From NCBI GenBank assembly GCA_963706595.1, contig OY970166.1:800001-864000 (forward strand): a stretch of DNA of 64,000 bases. Reading direction: 5' to 3'. Below are positions 42,129 to 52,646 of this stretch, piece by piece (within the stretch, counting starts at the first letter, position 1; the number at the start of each line of letters is the position of its first letter). The stretch is from an uncultured cyanobacterium (GTDB taxonomy: Bacteria; Cyanobacteriota; Cyanobacteriia; Cyanobacteriales; Nostocaceae). The translations under genes were made by a program, and so were the position numbers. The notes below the pieces were generated by a model. It worked only from the letters and a program-made list of their open reading frames with translations, had not been told where the DNA came from and made no database searches.

Positions 42129-43976
42129 TCAGCACTCACAATTGGGTATCCATACCGTGAAAATTGAACCAATAGCTACAGTAGATTCTACTTCAATTCG
42201 ACCCCGATGGAGTTCTACAAGTTGTTTGGTTAAAGCTAAACCGAGTCCTGTACCTTCGTAGCGGCGGCGATAGGGTGTATCGAGTTGCTGGAATTTCTCA
42301 AACAGTAGTGGTAATTGTGCTTCAGGAATGCCAATTCCAGTGTCTTCGATTTGAAAGATAGCGGTATTATCTTCTACCCAAATCCGCAAAGTGACACTGC
42401 CACCTTCTGGGGTAAACTTAATGGCATTAGTTAACAGATTCCACAGAATTTGTCCGACTCGTCCCACGTCAGCTTTAAAGCGATCGCGTTGGGGGTCAAT
42501 TTGTAAATCCAGTTGCAGATGGACTTGTTTGCTGTCGGCTTTTTTTAATAGTGACTCTAGGGAACTTTTGGCTGTACCGCTCAAAGAAAATTCTGTAATA
42601 TTTAATACTGTTTTCCCAGCTTCAATTTGTGATACATCGAGGATGTCATTAATTAATTCTAATAAATGTTCTCCACTATCGTGGATTGTTTGTAAATAAT
42701 GGCGTTGGCGTTGACTCAACTCGCCCAAAGGCCAACGTAACAAGGTGGAAGACATCCCGATTACGTAAGTTAAAGGCGTAAGCAATTCATGACTGATGGT
42801 AGCGAGAAATTCATTTCTGAGGCGACTAGCAGCTTCAGCCGCCAGTAAAGCTTCCCGCAAAGCCATTGTGCGTTCAATAACGCGTTTTTCTAGAGTTTGT
42901 TTTTCTGCGGTGAGGGTGCGTGTCACGTCTTGCAGAGATTGTATTAACTCCGATTGATGAATAGCGATCGCTAATTGTTCAGCTATAGAAGTTAGTAAAC
43001 TCTTCTCATCCTCAGTCCATTGTCGGGGAGTGTGACATTGATGAGCAATCAGTAACCCCCACAGCTTTTGTTCAAATATAATTGGTGCTACCAACTTTGC
43101 TCTGACTTGGCTGTTTCTTAAAAAATTTAACAAACATTCTTCCAGAGCATAAGTTTTTTCCACATCATCAACAACTAAAGTAAATCCTTGGCGATACTTT
43201 TCCCAACAGGGAGAATTACGGTTCAAGCAAGCTTCTTCCTGAGCATACAACACCGATGGAATGGCATTTTCAGCGCGGGCTTCGTGAACAATGCAACCCC
43301 CAAGAGGTTGAGGTGGGTTTTGTGGAGTATTGACTCTGGAATGCTCAAATTTATAGACTACCAGTCTGTCTAGTGCCAAAAATTCTTGGACTAAAGCCAT
43401 TGCTGTCGCCATAATTACTGGCAAATCCAAGTTTTTGCAGATTTGGGTTGTCACCTGATTTAACAGATGCTCTCGCTGTAATCTGTGTTTCCAGGCATCT
43501 TCCACAGGCTGACAGGAAGAACCTTGAGGTTCTGTCATCTCCTCTGTTGGCTGTGGCAAAAGATACTCCAATAATAACAGCGTAAATTGAGTTTGGATCT
43601 GGGTATCATTCGGTCTAAGAGCTTGACGATAGCGTTCCAGATTTTGATGCGTGTAGGAATCATCCTCAAACAAATCTCGTACCTGGGAGACAAATAAGGC
43701 GATCGCTTCCGAATTAAATGTCAAGCTAGTATTTAACTCTGGTTCCCCTTGCTCCTGCTTACCCAGCAAAAGTGCGCTAAACTGCTCAGAAATCACCAGC
43801 GTAAATCTTTGATTTTGCCACTGTAGTGGTGTATCAATCCTTGCCAATACAGCTTCTGTAATTACCAGTGCAGTAGTTCCTACTACTTGAGTTATCTGTT
43901 GTAATAATTCCCCAAGCTGATTAAAAACAACTAAAGGCAAATTTCGAGAAAAACTCAAATCAGGAGAACTAAGCAT
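42129..43976 (-). CDS. cikA: CikA-like GAF histidine kinase without C-terminal pseudo-receiver
   Basis: CikA-type N-terminus, GAF (DRLVVYKF, LWGLLIAHQC), SHELLTPL, NAIKFT, GTGLGL; ends straight after HATPase. Confidence 0.75.
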   Translation of the reverse strand: MLSSPDLSFSRNLPLVVFNQLGELLQQITQVVGTTALVITEAVLARIDTPLQWQNQRFTLVISEQFSALLLGKQEQGEPELNTSLTFNSEAIALFVSQVRDLFEDDSYTHQNLERYRQALRPNDTQIQTQFTLLLLEYLLPQPTEEMTEPQGSSCQPVEDAWKHRLQREHLLNQVTTQICKNLDLPVIMATAMALVQEFLALDRLVVYKFEHSRVNTPQNPPQPLGGCIVHEARAENAIPSVLYAQEEACLNRNSPCWEKYRQGFTLVVDDVEKTYALEECLLNFLRNSQVRAKLVAPIIFEQKLWGLLIAHQCHTPRQWTEDEKSLLTSIAEQLAIAIHQSELIQSLQDVTRTLTAEKQTLEKRVIERTMALREALLAAEAASRLRNEFLATISHELLTPLTYVIGMSSTLLRWPLGELSQRQRHYLQTIHDSGEHLLELINDILDVSQIEAGKTVLNITEFSLSGTAKSSLESLLKKADSKQVHLQLDLQIDPQRDRFKADVGRVGQILWNLLTNAIKFTPEGGSVTLRIWVEDNTAIFQIEDTGIGIPEAQLPLLFEKFQQLDTPYRRRYEGTGLGLALTKQLVELHRGRIEVESTVAIGSIFTVWIPNCEC

Positions 43977-44050
43977 TTTCAATAGTCTAGTAATAAATTG
44001 CTCAATGCTAATGTTTTCTAACCAACAGTTTAAGACAGTAATACAAGATT

Positions 44051-47000
44051 ATGCATCGTATCAGTGCCACACCGGGCGGATGGAATCAATCAGATGAGTT
44101 AGTTTTTTTAGAACAAACTCCAGCCCCTTTTGTCTTTATTACTGCTGCGGATACTGACATTCAAACCTTAGCAGCAGCCGTCCCTAAATTACCTGCAACA
44201 TTTCCCACCATCAGAGTTGCTAGTTTATTGCAGTTACAACAACAAATCACTATAGATTCTTATGGCGAGGACGTTTTAGAATCTGCCCAAGTAATCATTT
44301 TGCGACTATTAGGAGGACGTTCCTATTGGGCTTATGGTTTAGAAGTAGTGCAAGAAATTGTACAACGTCAGGGGACAACCCTGATAGTAATGCCTGGGGA
44401 CGATGGTCTTGATCCTGAATTAATTTCTCAATCTACTTTACCTTTAAGTGCTGTTAATCAAGTTTTACAGTATTTCAGAGAAGGCGGAGTGGAAAACATT
44501 GTTAACGCTTTGCAATTTATCTCTGATACTTGCTTGGATACGTCGTTTCAACCCCTACCACCGCAAGGGATTCCCCGTGTCGGCTTGTATGAGTGGGAAA
44601 TTCGCCACTCCCCACTCCCCACTCCCCACTCCCCACTCCCCACTCCCCATTCCCCATTCCCTAAAGTGGGGATTCTTTTTTACCGCGCGCATTATTTATC
44701 TGGGAATACGAAGGTAATTGATGCTTTGTGTACGGCTTTAATAAAGCGTAATTTACAACCTGTACCCGTGTTTGTTTCGTCGTTACGCGATCCCGATGTT
44801 CAAGCAGAGTTGAGTGAGTTTTTCCAGCCGAAAGATTCAGAGCAAATTGGCGTATTGCTGAATACTACGAGTTTTTCTCTGGCGCGTTTGGAAACTGAAG
44901 CACCGCAACTTGATTTGTGGCAAAAATTAGATGTGCCGGTGTTCCAAGTTATTCTCAGTGGCGGTGGTGTGGAACAGTGGGAGTCACAGTTACAAGGGCT
45001 TTCGCCTCGTGATATGGCGATGAATGTGGCGTTACCAGAGGTAGATGGACGGATTATTACTCGCGCTGTGTCTTTTAAAACTGTACAAACGCGAAATCCT
45101 GATTTGGAAACAGATGTGATGGTTTATGAACCGGTGAGCGATCGCATTGAGTTTGTAGCTGAACTCGCAGCCAATTGGGTAAAACTCCGCTCTAAGCCAC
45201 CTGAAGAGCGCCGCATTGCCCTGATTTTGGCAAATTACCCAAATCGCAACGGCAGGTTAGCCAATGGCGTAGGATTGGACACGCCAGCCAGTTGTGTGGA
45301 AATTATTAAAGCTTTACAATCTTCTGGGTATGTGGTGGAAAATCCGCCGATTCACGGAGATGATTTAATTCAACGTCTCACCACTGGGGTAACTAATGAT
45401 CCTGAAGGTAGAGAGTTGCGTCCTGTGCTGCAAGGTGTTTCTGGTGCAGATTATCAAGCTTATTTTGCCACTTTACCAGCAACTGTACAGCAAGAAATCA
45501 CTGACAGATGGGGAGCCGCATCTGAAAACTCAGAATCCTCTTCCTCCCCCCTGCCCCCTGCCCCCTGCCCCCCTGCCTCTTCCCTCCCTGTTTCTGGTAT
45601 GCAACTGGGTAACATATTTGTGGGGATTCAGCCGTCACGGGGTTATGATCTTGACCCTAGTTTGAATTATCATGCACCGGATTTGGTGCCAACTCACGCT
45701 TATTTGGCTTTTTATTATTGGGTGCGGGAATGTTTTAATGCTGATGCGGTGGTTCATGTGGGGAAACATGGCAATCTGGAATGGCTACCGGGTAAAAGTG
45801 TGGCTTTGTCTAGTAGTTGTTATCCAGAGGTGGCTTTTGGCGCACTTCCCCACCTTTATCCGTTTATTGTCAATGACCCTGGTGAGGGTTCACAAGCCAA
45901 GCGACGCGCCCAAGCGGTGATTTTAGATCATCTCACTCCTCCGATGACGCGGGCGGAGCTTTATGGGGCTTTGCAACAGTTAGAAAATTTAGTTGATGAA
46001 TATTACGAGGCGGAAAGTTTAGATCCGACGCGTTTACCTTTAATTCGCGATCGCATTCGGGAATTAGTCATCCAAGAGAATCTTCACAAAGATTTAGGGA
46101 TCGAACATGAAACGGATATTTTAAAGTTTGAATCTGTAATTTTAAATTTCATCGGCGGCTATCTTTGTGAATTGAAGGAAGCGCAAATACGAGATGGTTT
46201 ACACATTTTTGGTCAATGTCCCCAAGGGCGACAACTACGAGATTTAATTGTGGCGATCGCACGCATCCCTAACCGCTATTCTGAAGGTATTACGCGCGTT
46301 ATAGCTGAAGATTGGGGTTTGGATTTTGACCCTCTGACAACAGATTTCAACACGCCGTTATCAGCAGGCGATCGGGAGGTTTTAGACGCGAAAATTTCTC
46401 TAGAAATTTCTCTAGACGCGATGAATCCTGAAATTTCAGACGCGATGAATCGCGTCTCTACAAGTCGGACGGTTGGCGATGCGGTAGAAATCTTGGAAAA
46501 TCACGCCGCCCAATTAGTAGAACAACTCCTCTCTTCATCTTGTACAGACGCGATTCATCGCGTCTCCTCTTCTTCTTCTTCGCCGATTGATCGCGTCTCT
46601 TCCTGGATTAGCAACAAACTTCTCCCGGCTTTACAACAAACCAATGAGGAAATTACCAATTTACTCCACGGACTTGACGGTAAATACATTCCCAGCGCCC
46701 CTTCTGGCGCACCTACACGCGGCCGCCCAGAGGTCTTACCCACTGGAAGAAACTTTTATTCCGTTGATATTCGGGCTATTCCTACAGAAACGGCTTGGGA
46801 TGTCGGTAGAAAAGCGGCGGAAAATTTGATTGAATGCTACACCCAAGAAAACGGTGAGTATCCCCAAACACTGGGGTTATCGTTGTGGGGAACTGCAACT
46901 ATGCGGACTGGTGGTGATGACATCGCTGAGGCTTTAGCTTTACTGGGTGTGCGTCCGGTTTGGGATGGTGCAGCCCGGCGCGTTGTAGACTTTGAAATCT

Positions 47001-47974
47001 TACCCCTGAGTATATTGGGTCGTCCTCGTGTCGATGTCACTTTAAGAATTTCAGGATTTTTTAGGGACGCTTTTCCCAATTTAATTGATTTATTCGAGCA
47101 AGCTGTAGCAGCAGTAGCAGCACTGAATGAATCTTCAGAGTATAATCCCCTAGCGGCACAAGTTAACCAAGATACTGATTTTTGGATGCAGCAAGGTTTG
47201 ACTCCAGAAGCAGCAGCAGCGCGATCGCAATATCGCATTTTTGGTTCTCAACCGGGTGCTTATGGTGCGGGACTCCAAGGCTTAATGGCTTCGCAAAATT
47301 GGACAGATGACCAGGATTTAGCTCGCGCTTATATTAATTGGAGTTGTTACGCTTACACCAGTGCTAGTTCCCCCGATGCAAAAGGCGAATTAGTCGGAAT
47401 TTCTGCCCCAGAAGCCTTTGAACAACGTTTGGCACAAATGCAAATTGTGCTACACAACCAAGATAACCGAGAACACGACATCCTCGATTCTGATGACTAT
47501 TATCAGTTTCAGGGCGGTTTAACAGCCGCAGTCAGATCACTGCAAGGGAAAAATCCTCAAACCTATTTTGGTGACAATTCTAATCCAGATCAACCACGGG
47601 TTCGCGAACTCAAATCAGAAATTGCACGGGTGTATCGTTCTCGTGTAGTTAACCCCAAATGGATTGAGGGGATGATGCGCCACGGTTACAAAGGTGCATT
47701 TGAAATGGCCGCCACAGTCGATTATTTATTTGCCTACGATGCTACAGCCCAATGTGTGGAAGACTATATGTATGAGGGCATAACACAAGCGTATTTACTA
47801 GATCCCGTCGTCTGTGAATTTATCCAAGATAAAAATCCGTATGCTCTGCGTGATATTGCTGAAAAATTATTAGAAGCACACCAGCGTAATTTATGGCAGG
47901 ATGTAAGTATCCAGACATTAGACAACTTGCGAAATTTAGTACATCAAGCTGAAGCGACCATCGAAGAAAAATAA
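44051..47974 (+). CDS. cobN: cobaltochelatase subunit CobN with in-frame repeat insertions
   Basis: MHRISATPGG start, HVGKHGNLEWLPGK, NDPGEG, LPTGRNFY, RISGFFRDAF, NPKWIEGM. Confidence 0.95.
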   Translation: MHRISATPGGWNQSDELVFLEQTPAPFVFITAADTDIQTLAAAVPKLPATFPTIRVASLLQLQQQITIDSYGEDVLESAQVIILRLLGGRSYWAYGLEVVQEIVQRQGTTLIVMPGDDGLDPELISQSTLPLSAVNQVLQYFREGGVENIVNALQFISDTCLDTSFQPLPPQGIPRVGLYEWEIRHSPLPTPHSPLPTPHSPFPKVGILFYRAHYLSGNTKVIDALCTALIKRNLQPVPVFVSSLRDPDVQAELSEFFQPKDSEQIGVLLNTTSFSLARLETEAPQLDLWQKLDVPVFQVILSGGGVEQWESQLQGLSPRDMAMNVALPEVDGRIITRAVSFKTVQTRNPDLETDVMVYEPVSDRIEFVAELAANWVKLRSKPPEERRIALILANYPNRNGRLANGVGLDTPASCVEIIKALQSSGYVVENPPIHGDDLIQRLTTGVTNDPEGRELRPVLQGVSGADYQAYFATLPATVQQEITDRWGAASENSESSSSPLPPAPCPPASSLPVSGMQLGNIFVGIQPSRGYDLDPSLNYHAPDLVPTHAYLAFYYWVRECFNADAVVHVGKHGNLEWLPGKSVALSSSCYPEVAFGALPHLYPFIVNDPGEGSQAKRRAQAVILDHLTPPMTRAELYGALQQLENLVDEYYEAESLDPTRLPLIRDRIRELVIQENLHKDLGIEHETDILKFESVILNFIGGYLCELKEAQIRDGLHIFGQCPQGRQLRDLIVAIARIPNRYSEGITRVIAEDWGLDFDPLTTDFNTPLSAGDREVLDAKISLEISLDAMNPEISDAMNRVSTSRTVGDAVEILENHAAQLVEQLLSSSCTDAIHRVSSSSSSPIDRVSSWISNKLLPALQQTNEEITNLLHGLDGKYIPSAPSGAPTRGRPEVLPTGRNFYSVDIRAIPTETAWDVGRKAAENLIECYTQENGEYPQTLGLSLWGTATMRTGGDDIAEALALLGVRPVWDGAARRVVDFEILPLSILGRPRVDVTLRISGFFRDAFPNLIDLFEQAVAAVAALNESSEYNPLAAQVNQDTDFWMQQGLTPEAAAARSQYRIFGSQPGAYGAGLQGLMASQNWTDDQDLARAYINWSCYAYTSASSPDAKGELVGISAPEAFEQRLAQMQIVLHNQDNREHDILDSDDYYQFQGGLTAAVRSLQGKNPQTYFGDNSNPDQPRVRELKSEIARVYRSRVVNPKWIEGMMRHGYKGAFEMAATVDYLFAYDATAQCVEDYMYEGITQAYLLDPVVCEFIQDKNPYALRDIAEKLLEAHQRNLWQDVSIQTLDNLRNLVHQAEATIEEK

Positions 47975-47993
47975 TTGGTGTAGGAATACAAAT

Positions 47994-49211
47994 ATGGATA
48001 ACTTGGCTTATTTTCATTTAGCTGATGCCTATGAAAACAGCGACTCCAGTGATTTGGTGTCTATGAGTGCTTTATTGAATAAAGCAGCTGCACCAGACTG
48101 GAAACGCCTTTCTAGTAAAGCGTGGAAGCATTTGTTGCCCCTAGCGATCGCCTTGTCTATTCTGAGTTCGGTCAGCAGCGTTTTGGCACTAGAACGAGGT
48201 GATCAAGGTCCTTCGGTGAGGAATCTCCAAGAACAGTTACAGCAAGCAGGCTTTTATGGCGGTAGCATCACAGAAGTCTACGATTTCCCCACAGAAGATG
48301 CTGTGCGGCGTTTTCAACAAGCTCATGGTTTAGCAGTTGATGGCATTGTGGGAGTCAGTACCCGGCAAAAATTATCAAACTGGCAGACACAACAAGCGAG
48401 TTATGGGAGTACAACAGTTTCGACAATCAGTGCGAACAATTTCACACTGCCCACACTCACTACTGCCAGTACACCATTTGCCACAATCAATACTAGCAAT
48501 CCCCAACTTCCCAGAGCCACCACTGCCAGCATGACCACCACAACAATTACTGCTGTGAGAACGCCCAATATCATCCAGCATTCTAACTTGCTGGTGAAAG
48601 GAGATGAGGGTGAGCCAGTTAGGCTTTTACAAGAACGGCTGCGAGTTGCAGGCTTCTATTCCGGTAACGCCACAGGGGTATTTGGCCCTATTACCGAAGA
48701 AGCTGTCAAGCGGTTTCAAGCAGCTTATAACTTAGAAGTTGATGGCATTGTCGGCCCATCAACAGCAAGCAAATTGCCTCCTGTTGGGGTTGGTGGAGCC
48801 GAAACTTCTCCCACACAGACAGTGAATACAAAAAATCTCACAATGGGACATCGCGGTGAAGCAGTCAGACTGCTTCAAAAACAATTGATTCAAGCCGGAT
48901 ATCTGAATGGAACACCAAATGGATACTTTGGTTCTTCTACTGCGGATGCTGTGCGTCGCTTTCAAGCAGCTAATTACTTAGCTGCCAGTGGTATCGCTGG
49001 ACCCACCACTAGAGCTAAGTTATATAGCGTAATTGGGACTGCTCCCCAAGGCGAATTTAGTGTCTTGGAAATCCAAAGGCGACTACGAGATAAGGGTTTC
49101 TATCAAGGAAATCTCAACGGTGTGATGGCAGATGATACCAAAAGAGCCATTAAGCAAGCCCAAGAATTTTACGGAATCAGTCTCAGTGATATCAGAAGCG
49201 GACGCTTTTAG
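47994..49211 (+). CDS. peptidoglycan-binding domain protein (alr1690-like)
   Basis: Repeated GDxGxxV..LQ..L / AVRRFQ / DGIVG domains. Confidence 0.9.
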   Translation: MDNLAYFHLADAYENSDSSDLVSMSALLNKAAAPDWKRLSSKAWKHLLPLAIALSILSSVSSVLALERGDQGPSVRNLQEQLQQAGFYGGSITEVYDFPTEDAVRRFQQAHGLAVDGIVGVSTRQKLSNWQTQQASYGSTTVSTISANNFTLPTLTTASTPFATINTSNPQLPRATTASMTTTTITAVRTPNIIQHSNLLVKGDEGEPVRLLQERLRVAGFYSGNATGVFGPITEEAVKRFQAAYNLEVDGIVGPSTASKLPPVGVGGAETSPTQTVNTKNLTMGHRGEAVRLLQKQLIQAGYLNGTPNGYFGSSTADAVRRFQAANYLAASGIAGPTTRAKLYSVIGTAPQGEFSVLEIQRRLRDKGFYQGNLNGVMADDTKRAIKQAQEFYGISLSDIRSGRF

Positions 49212-49271
49212 CATCCGCTCTCGATGTTGACAGAGATGATTTTTCAACTAATTACTGACCTTTTTGAGTGA

Positions 49272-49727
49272 CTACAAAGGCATGAGCGCCCGTTGACACT
49301 TAGGACAGACTGCGTGGATTGTCATTTGACAGTCCAGCAGGTGAAACCCTTCTTTTTGGGCAGTTTTTGAACCTATTTTTAAAATCGAGTCGTTTTTAAA
49401 CTCAATAGTCGCGTTGCATTTTACACAAATTAAATGGTGGTGATGATGGGGGTAGGGCTGGTTGATTTCATAATGTTTATGTCCTTCTCCCAGTTCTAAC
49501 TCCCGCAAAATCCCCATGCGTGCCATCAATTTCAACGTCCGATAGATAGTGGAAAGACTAATGCCTTCCCCATCACTTTCTAGCCGATGATAAAGATCCT
49601 CAGCACTGAGATGTTCCCCTTGCGGAAGTTCTTGAAAAATGTGTAGAATTGTTTCGCGCTGGGGAGTTAAACGCCAGCCTCGATCATTCAGTTCTGCCTT
49701 GAGTGAAGTAGATGTGTAAACAGTCAT
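49272..49727 (-). CDS. furA: ferric uptake regulator FurA
   Basis: RLTPQR, HLSAEDL, STIYRTL, HHHHH-LICVKC, CPKC; recalled synteny with PCC 7120 furA. Confidence 0.92.
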   Translation of the reverse strand: MTVYTSTSLKAELNDRGWRLTPQRETILHIFQELPQGEHLSAEDLYHRLESDGEGISLSTIYRTLKLMARMGILRELELGEGHKHYEINQPYPHHHHHLICVKCNATIEFKNDSILKIGSKTAQKEGFHLLDCQMTIHAVCPKCQRALMPL

Positions 49728-49799
49728 ACTAATTTTTCTCAACAAAGCCTATTAGTTGAGAATATAACAAATTTTGGGGGAAATTTGCAACAATCCTCT

Positions 49800-49818
49800 C
49801 TTATTGCGAACATTTATT
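49800..49818 (-). promoter_or_regulatory. putative FurA autoregulatory box
   Basis: Minus strand AATAAATGTTCGCAATAAG resembles the AT-rich FurA box recalled for the Anabaena furA promoter. Confidence 0.4.
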
Positions 49819-49973
49819 AAATAAATAATTCCAAATAATTCTTCAAGATCAACTAGGTTGATTCCAGAAACCATAGATAGTTCGACAGTCGGATATCTAA
49901 GAGATATGGGTAAACCTCTTAGATATTCTGCTTAACTTGAGACTGTCGAGTGCCAATAACAACCGAGACATGA

Positions 49974-51224
49974 CTAACTGAGAGATTCTAAATAATCGCG
50001 GATCAGGTTGCGTCGTTTGGGTTGGCGGAGCTTTTGCAAAGCTTTGGATTCGATTTGACGAACTCGTTCTCTGGATAAATCAAGAGCGCGGCCAATTTCG
50101 GCTAAGGAATAAGGATGACCATCTGACAAACCAAAACGCATGAGAATCACATCACGCTCACGGCTGGTTAAATCTGCCAACAGGCTATGCAAGTCTTTTT
50201 GTAAAGATTCTCGCATTAACATCTCTTCTGGGGTTACACAGTCGGTTTCCAGTAATTCCCCCAGTTCAGTGTCCTTATCTTTACCAACTTTGGTTTCCAG
50301 AGAAACAGAACGTGGGACTCTGAGCAACACTTCCCGGACTGCGGCTGGTGTCATTTCCAACTCAACTGCTAAATCTTCTAAGGTGGGAGTGCGACCTTTT
50401 TCTTGAGCAATTTTGCGTTGAGCTTTTTTGATTTTGTTCAGCTTTTCTGTAATATGAACAGGTAAGCGAATTGTACGACTAGAAGTCGCGATCGCTCGCG
50501 TAATTCCCTGACGAATCCACCAATAAGCATAAGTGCTAAAGCGATAGCCCTTAGTCGGGTCAAATTTTTCGACAGCTCTTTCTAAGCCTAAAGTTCCTTC
50601 TTGAACTAAATCTAATAATTCTAAACCGCGATTTTGATACTTTTTCGCAACGGACACTACCAAGCGCAAATTTGCCTTGATCATGTGTTCTTTGGCGTGA
50701 AGTCCTTGGGTCTGCACTTGCTCTAGTTCTGCGACTGTTAATTTAGCAATTTCCGCCCAGCGACGCTTGCCATTTGCTAAAGTGGGTTTGAGATCCGCCA
50801 GTTCTATACCAGCAGTAGTCGCCCACCTTTCCAAAGAAGGGCGATGTCCCAGTTCAGATGTCAGACGCTCCTGAACCTGAACTAACTTCAGAAATGGGGC
50901 AATGACTTCATCACCTTGCTTGGCTGCGTCGGCAAGTACAGTCCGCATCCGCAAGTAGCGTTGGACTTTTTGGGCTTCGGAAACTTCTTCATCGCGCCCT
51001 AGAAGCCTAACTCGTCCAATTTCCTGAAGGTATAGACGTACTAAGTCTGTACTCCGACGGTTATTGTTCGCCGCCAAGTAAGCAGGGTCAACAGCAGCTA
51101 CTTCCAATTCCTGAATCTCATCTGCCGACAACTCACCATCATCAATAATGAGTTCTTCTTCCATTGCCTGGTGGGACTTTTTGGTATTGGAAGCGGCATC
51201 TGCATAAAAAGATGTTGCTGGCAT
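49974..51224 (-). CDS. sigC: group 2 RNA polymerase sigma factor SigC
   Basis: MPATSFYAD start, ANLRLVVSVAKKY, FSTYAYWWIRQ, RERVRQIE. Confidence 0.92.
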   Translation of the reverse strand: MPATSFYADAASNTKKSHQAMEEELIIDDGELSADEIQELEVAAVDPAYLAANNNRRSTDLVRLYLQEIGRVRLLGRDEEVSEAQKVQRYLRMRTVLADAAKQGDEVIAPFLKLVQVQERLTSELGHRPSLERWATTAGIELADLKPTLANGKRRWAEIAKLTVAELEQVQTQGLHAKEHMIKANLRLVVSVAKKYQNRGLELLDLVQEGTLGLERAVEKFDPTKGYRFSTYAYWWIRQGITRAIATSSRTIRLPVHITEKLNKIKKAQRKIAQEKGRTPTLEDLAVELEMTPAAVREVLLRVPRSVSLETKVGKDKDTELGELLETDCVTPEEMLMRESLQKDLHSLLADLTSRERDVILMRFGLSDGHPYSLAEIGRALDLSRERVRQIESKALQKLRQPKRRNLIRDYLESLS

Positions 51225-51697
51225 AAGGATCGTCTCAATGGCTCCAGGTAACAATAGATTACGGTCAGCTAATTAACTGTTGCTATTGTTCCCGTGATTC
51301 CAGATGAAATAACACGGTTGAGGTTTTCAGTAATTTTTCTTTAAGAAAACATACTGAAATTTTCCGACACTAATACCGAATTGTATCGGTTAAGCGTCTG
51401 AATTGAACCAATAGCTATTCAAATCTACATTTAGTCTTTAGATTACACACTACTTAGTGTGTATTTCCACGATGATAAATATTTATGATTACGTTGGTAA
51501 CTGGTATAAACATCGTCAGTAAAAAATATGTTTATCATTGGTATAGTCATATATACATGGGAGGAAAGTAATATCCTGATGATTTATGATTTTTTTTCTA
51601 GGGATGATTGAGGAATAACTACAAGTGACAGGTTGTCATAGATTAGCCAGTATATACTGAGAAAGACCCATTAAACTGCTCTGATGAAGTTTAATAG

Positions 51698-52642
51698 TTA
51701 GTTATACTCTGGCTTGGTATCTCTTACCATCAGTTCTAACAGTGCTTGTCGGGGTGTGACTTCACTGTGAAGCAAGCGGTAAACTTGCTCAGTAATCGGG
51801 ATCACAATATTGTGGTGCTTGGCTCGTTGTACTAACACTTGGCAAGTGTTGACACCTTCAGCTGTTCCGGGTAAGTTGTCCAGAATTTCTGGAAGTGTTT
51901 GACCAAGAGCCATCTGATAACCAACTTGGTAATTGCGACTCAGAGGACTGTTGCAAGTTGCTAACAAGTCTCCTAGACCTGATAAACCATAAAATGTTTC
52001 CGTTTTTGCACCCCAACTCTGGCCAATGCGAACCATTTCTGTGAGTCCACGGGTGACTAAGGCGGCTTTAGCATTGGTTCCCAGATGTAACCCATCACAT
52101 ACACCTGCTGCGATCGCCATAATATTTTTTAATGTCCCTCCTAGCTCTACACCTAGAGGATCAGGATTAGTATATACCCGAAACCGAGGCGAAGAAAATA
52201 CCAGTTGCACAAGTTCAGCCGCAGTACTATCATTGCTGGCTGCTACCGTTGCAGCTGGTAATGATTGTTGAATTTCTTTCGATAAATTTGGCCCCGATAA
52301 CACAACTACTGAATGATGTGGAAATGCTGTTTGCCAAATTTGCGACGGTGTACAGGTCGTTTTGGGATCTAAGCCTTTTGTGGCTGTGACAAAAATTGTT
52401 TTTGGGGAAAGGGGGAATGATTTGACTTGAGAGACGACATCACTCACCCCTTTCATGGCGATCGCCGATAAAATAATTTGGGCATCTTGTAGAACTGCTT
52501 CCAGATTTGCTGTTCCTCTACGTGACCACACACGCACCTGATGGCCGTTTGCACTCGCCAAATCTGCTAAAGCCATACCCCACGCACCTGCACCCAGAAT
52601 CGCTATGGTAGTTTTTTGCACCGCTATCATTACCATTTCCAA
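51698..52642 (-). CDS. gpsA: NAD(P)H-dependent glycerol-3-phosphate dehydrogenase
   Basis: GAGAWG, LSGPN, GVELGGTLKN, GLGDL...SRN. Confidence 0.95.
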   Translation of the reverse strand: MEMVMIAVQKTTIAILGAGAWGMALADLASANGHQVRVWSRRGTANLEAVLQDAQIILSAIAMKGVSDVVSQVKSFPLSPKTIFVTATKGLDPKTTCTPSQIWQTAFPHHSVVVLSGPNLSKEIQQSLPAATVAASNDSTAAELVQLVFSSPRFRVYTNPDPLGVELGGTLKNIMAIAAGVCDGLHLGTNAKAALVTRGLTEMVRIGQSWGAKTETFYGLSGLGDLLATCNSPLSRNYQVGYQMALGQTLPEILDNLPGTAEGVNTCQVLVQRAKHHNIVIPITEQVYRLLHSEVTPRQALLELMVRDTKPEYN

Positions 52643-52646
52643 CTAC

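Noticed and set aside
43977..44050. Cobalamin riboswitch upstream of cobN
   Set aside because: The spacer is only about 70 nt and has no B12-box motif.
51255..51697. NtcA site upstream of sigC
   Set aside because: No GTA-N8-TAC match was found by eye.
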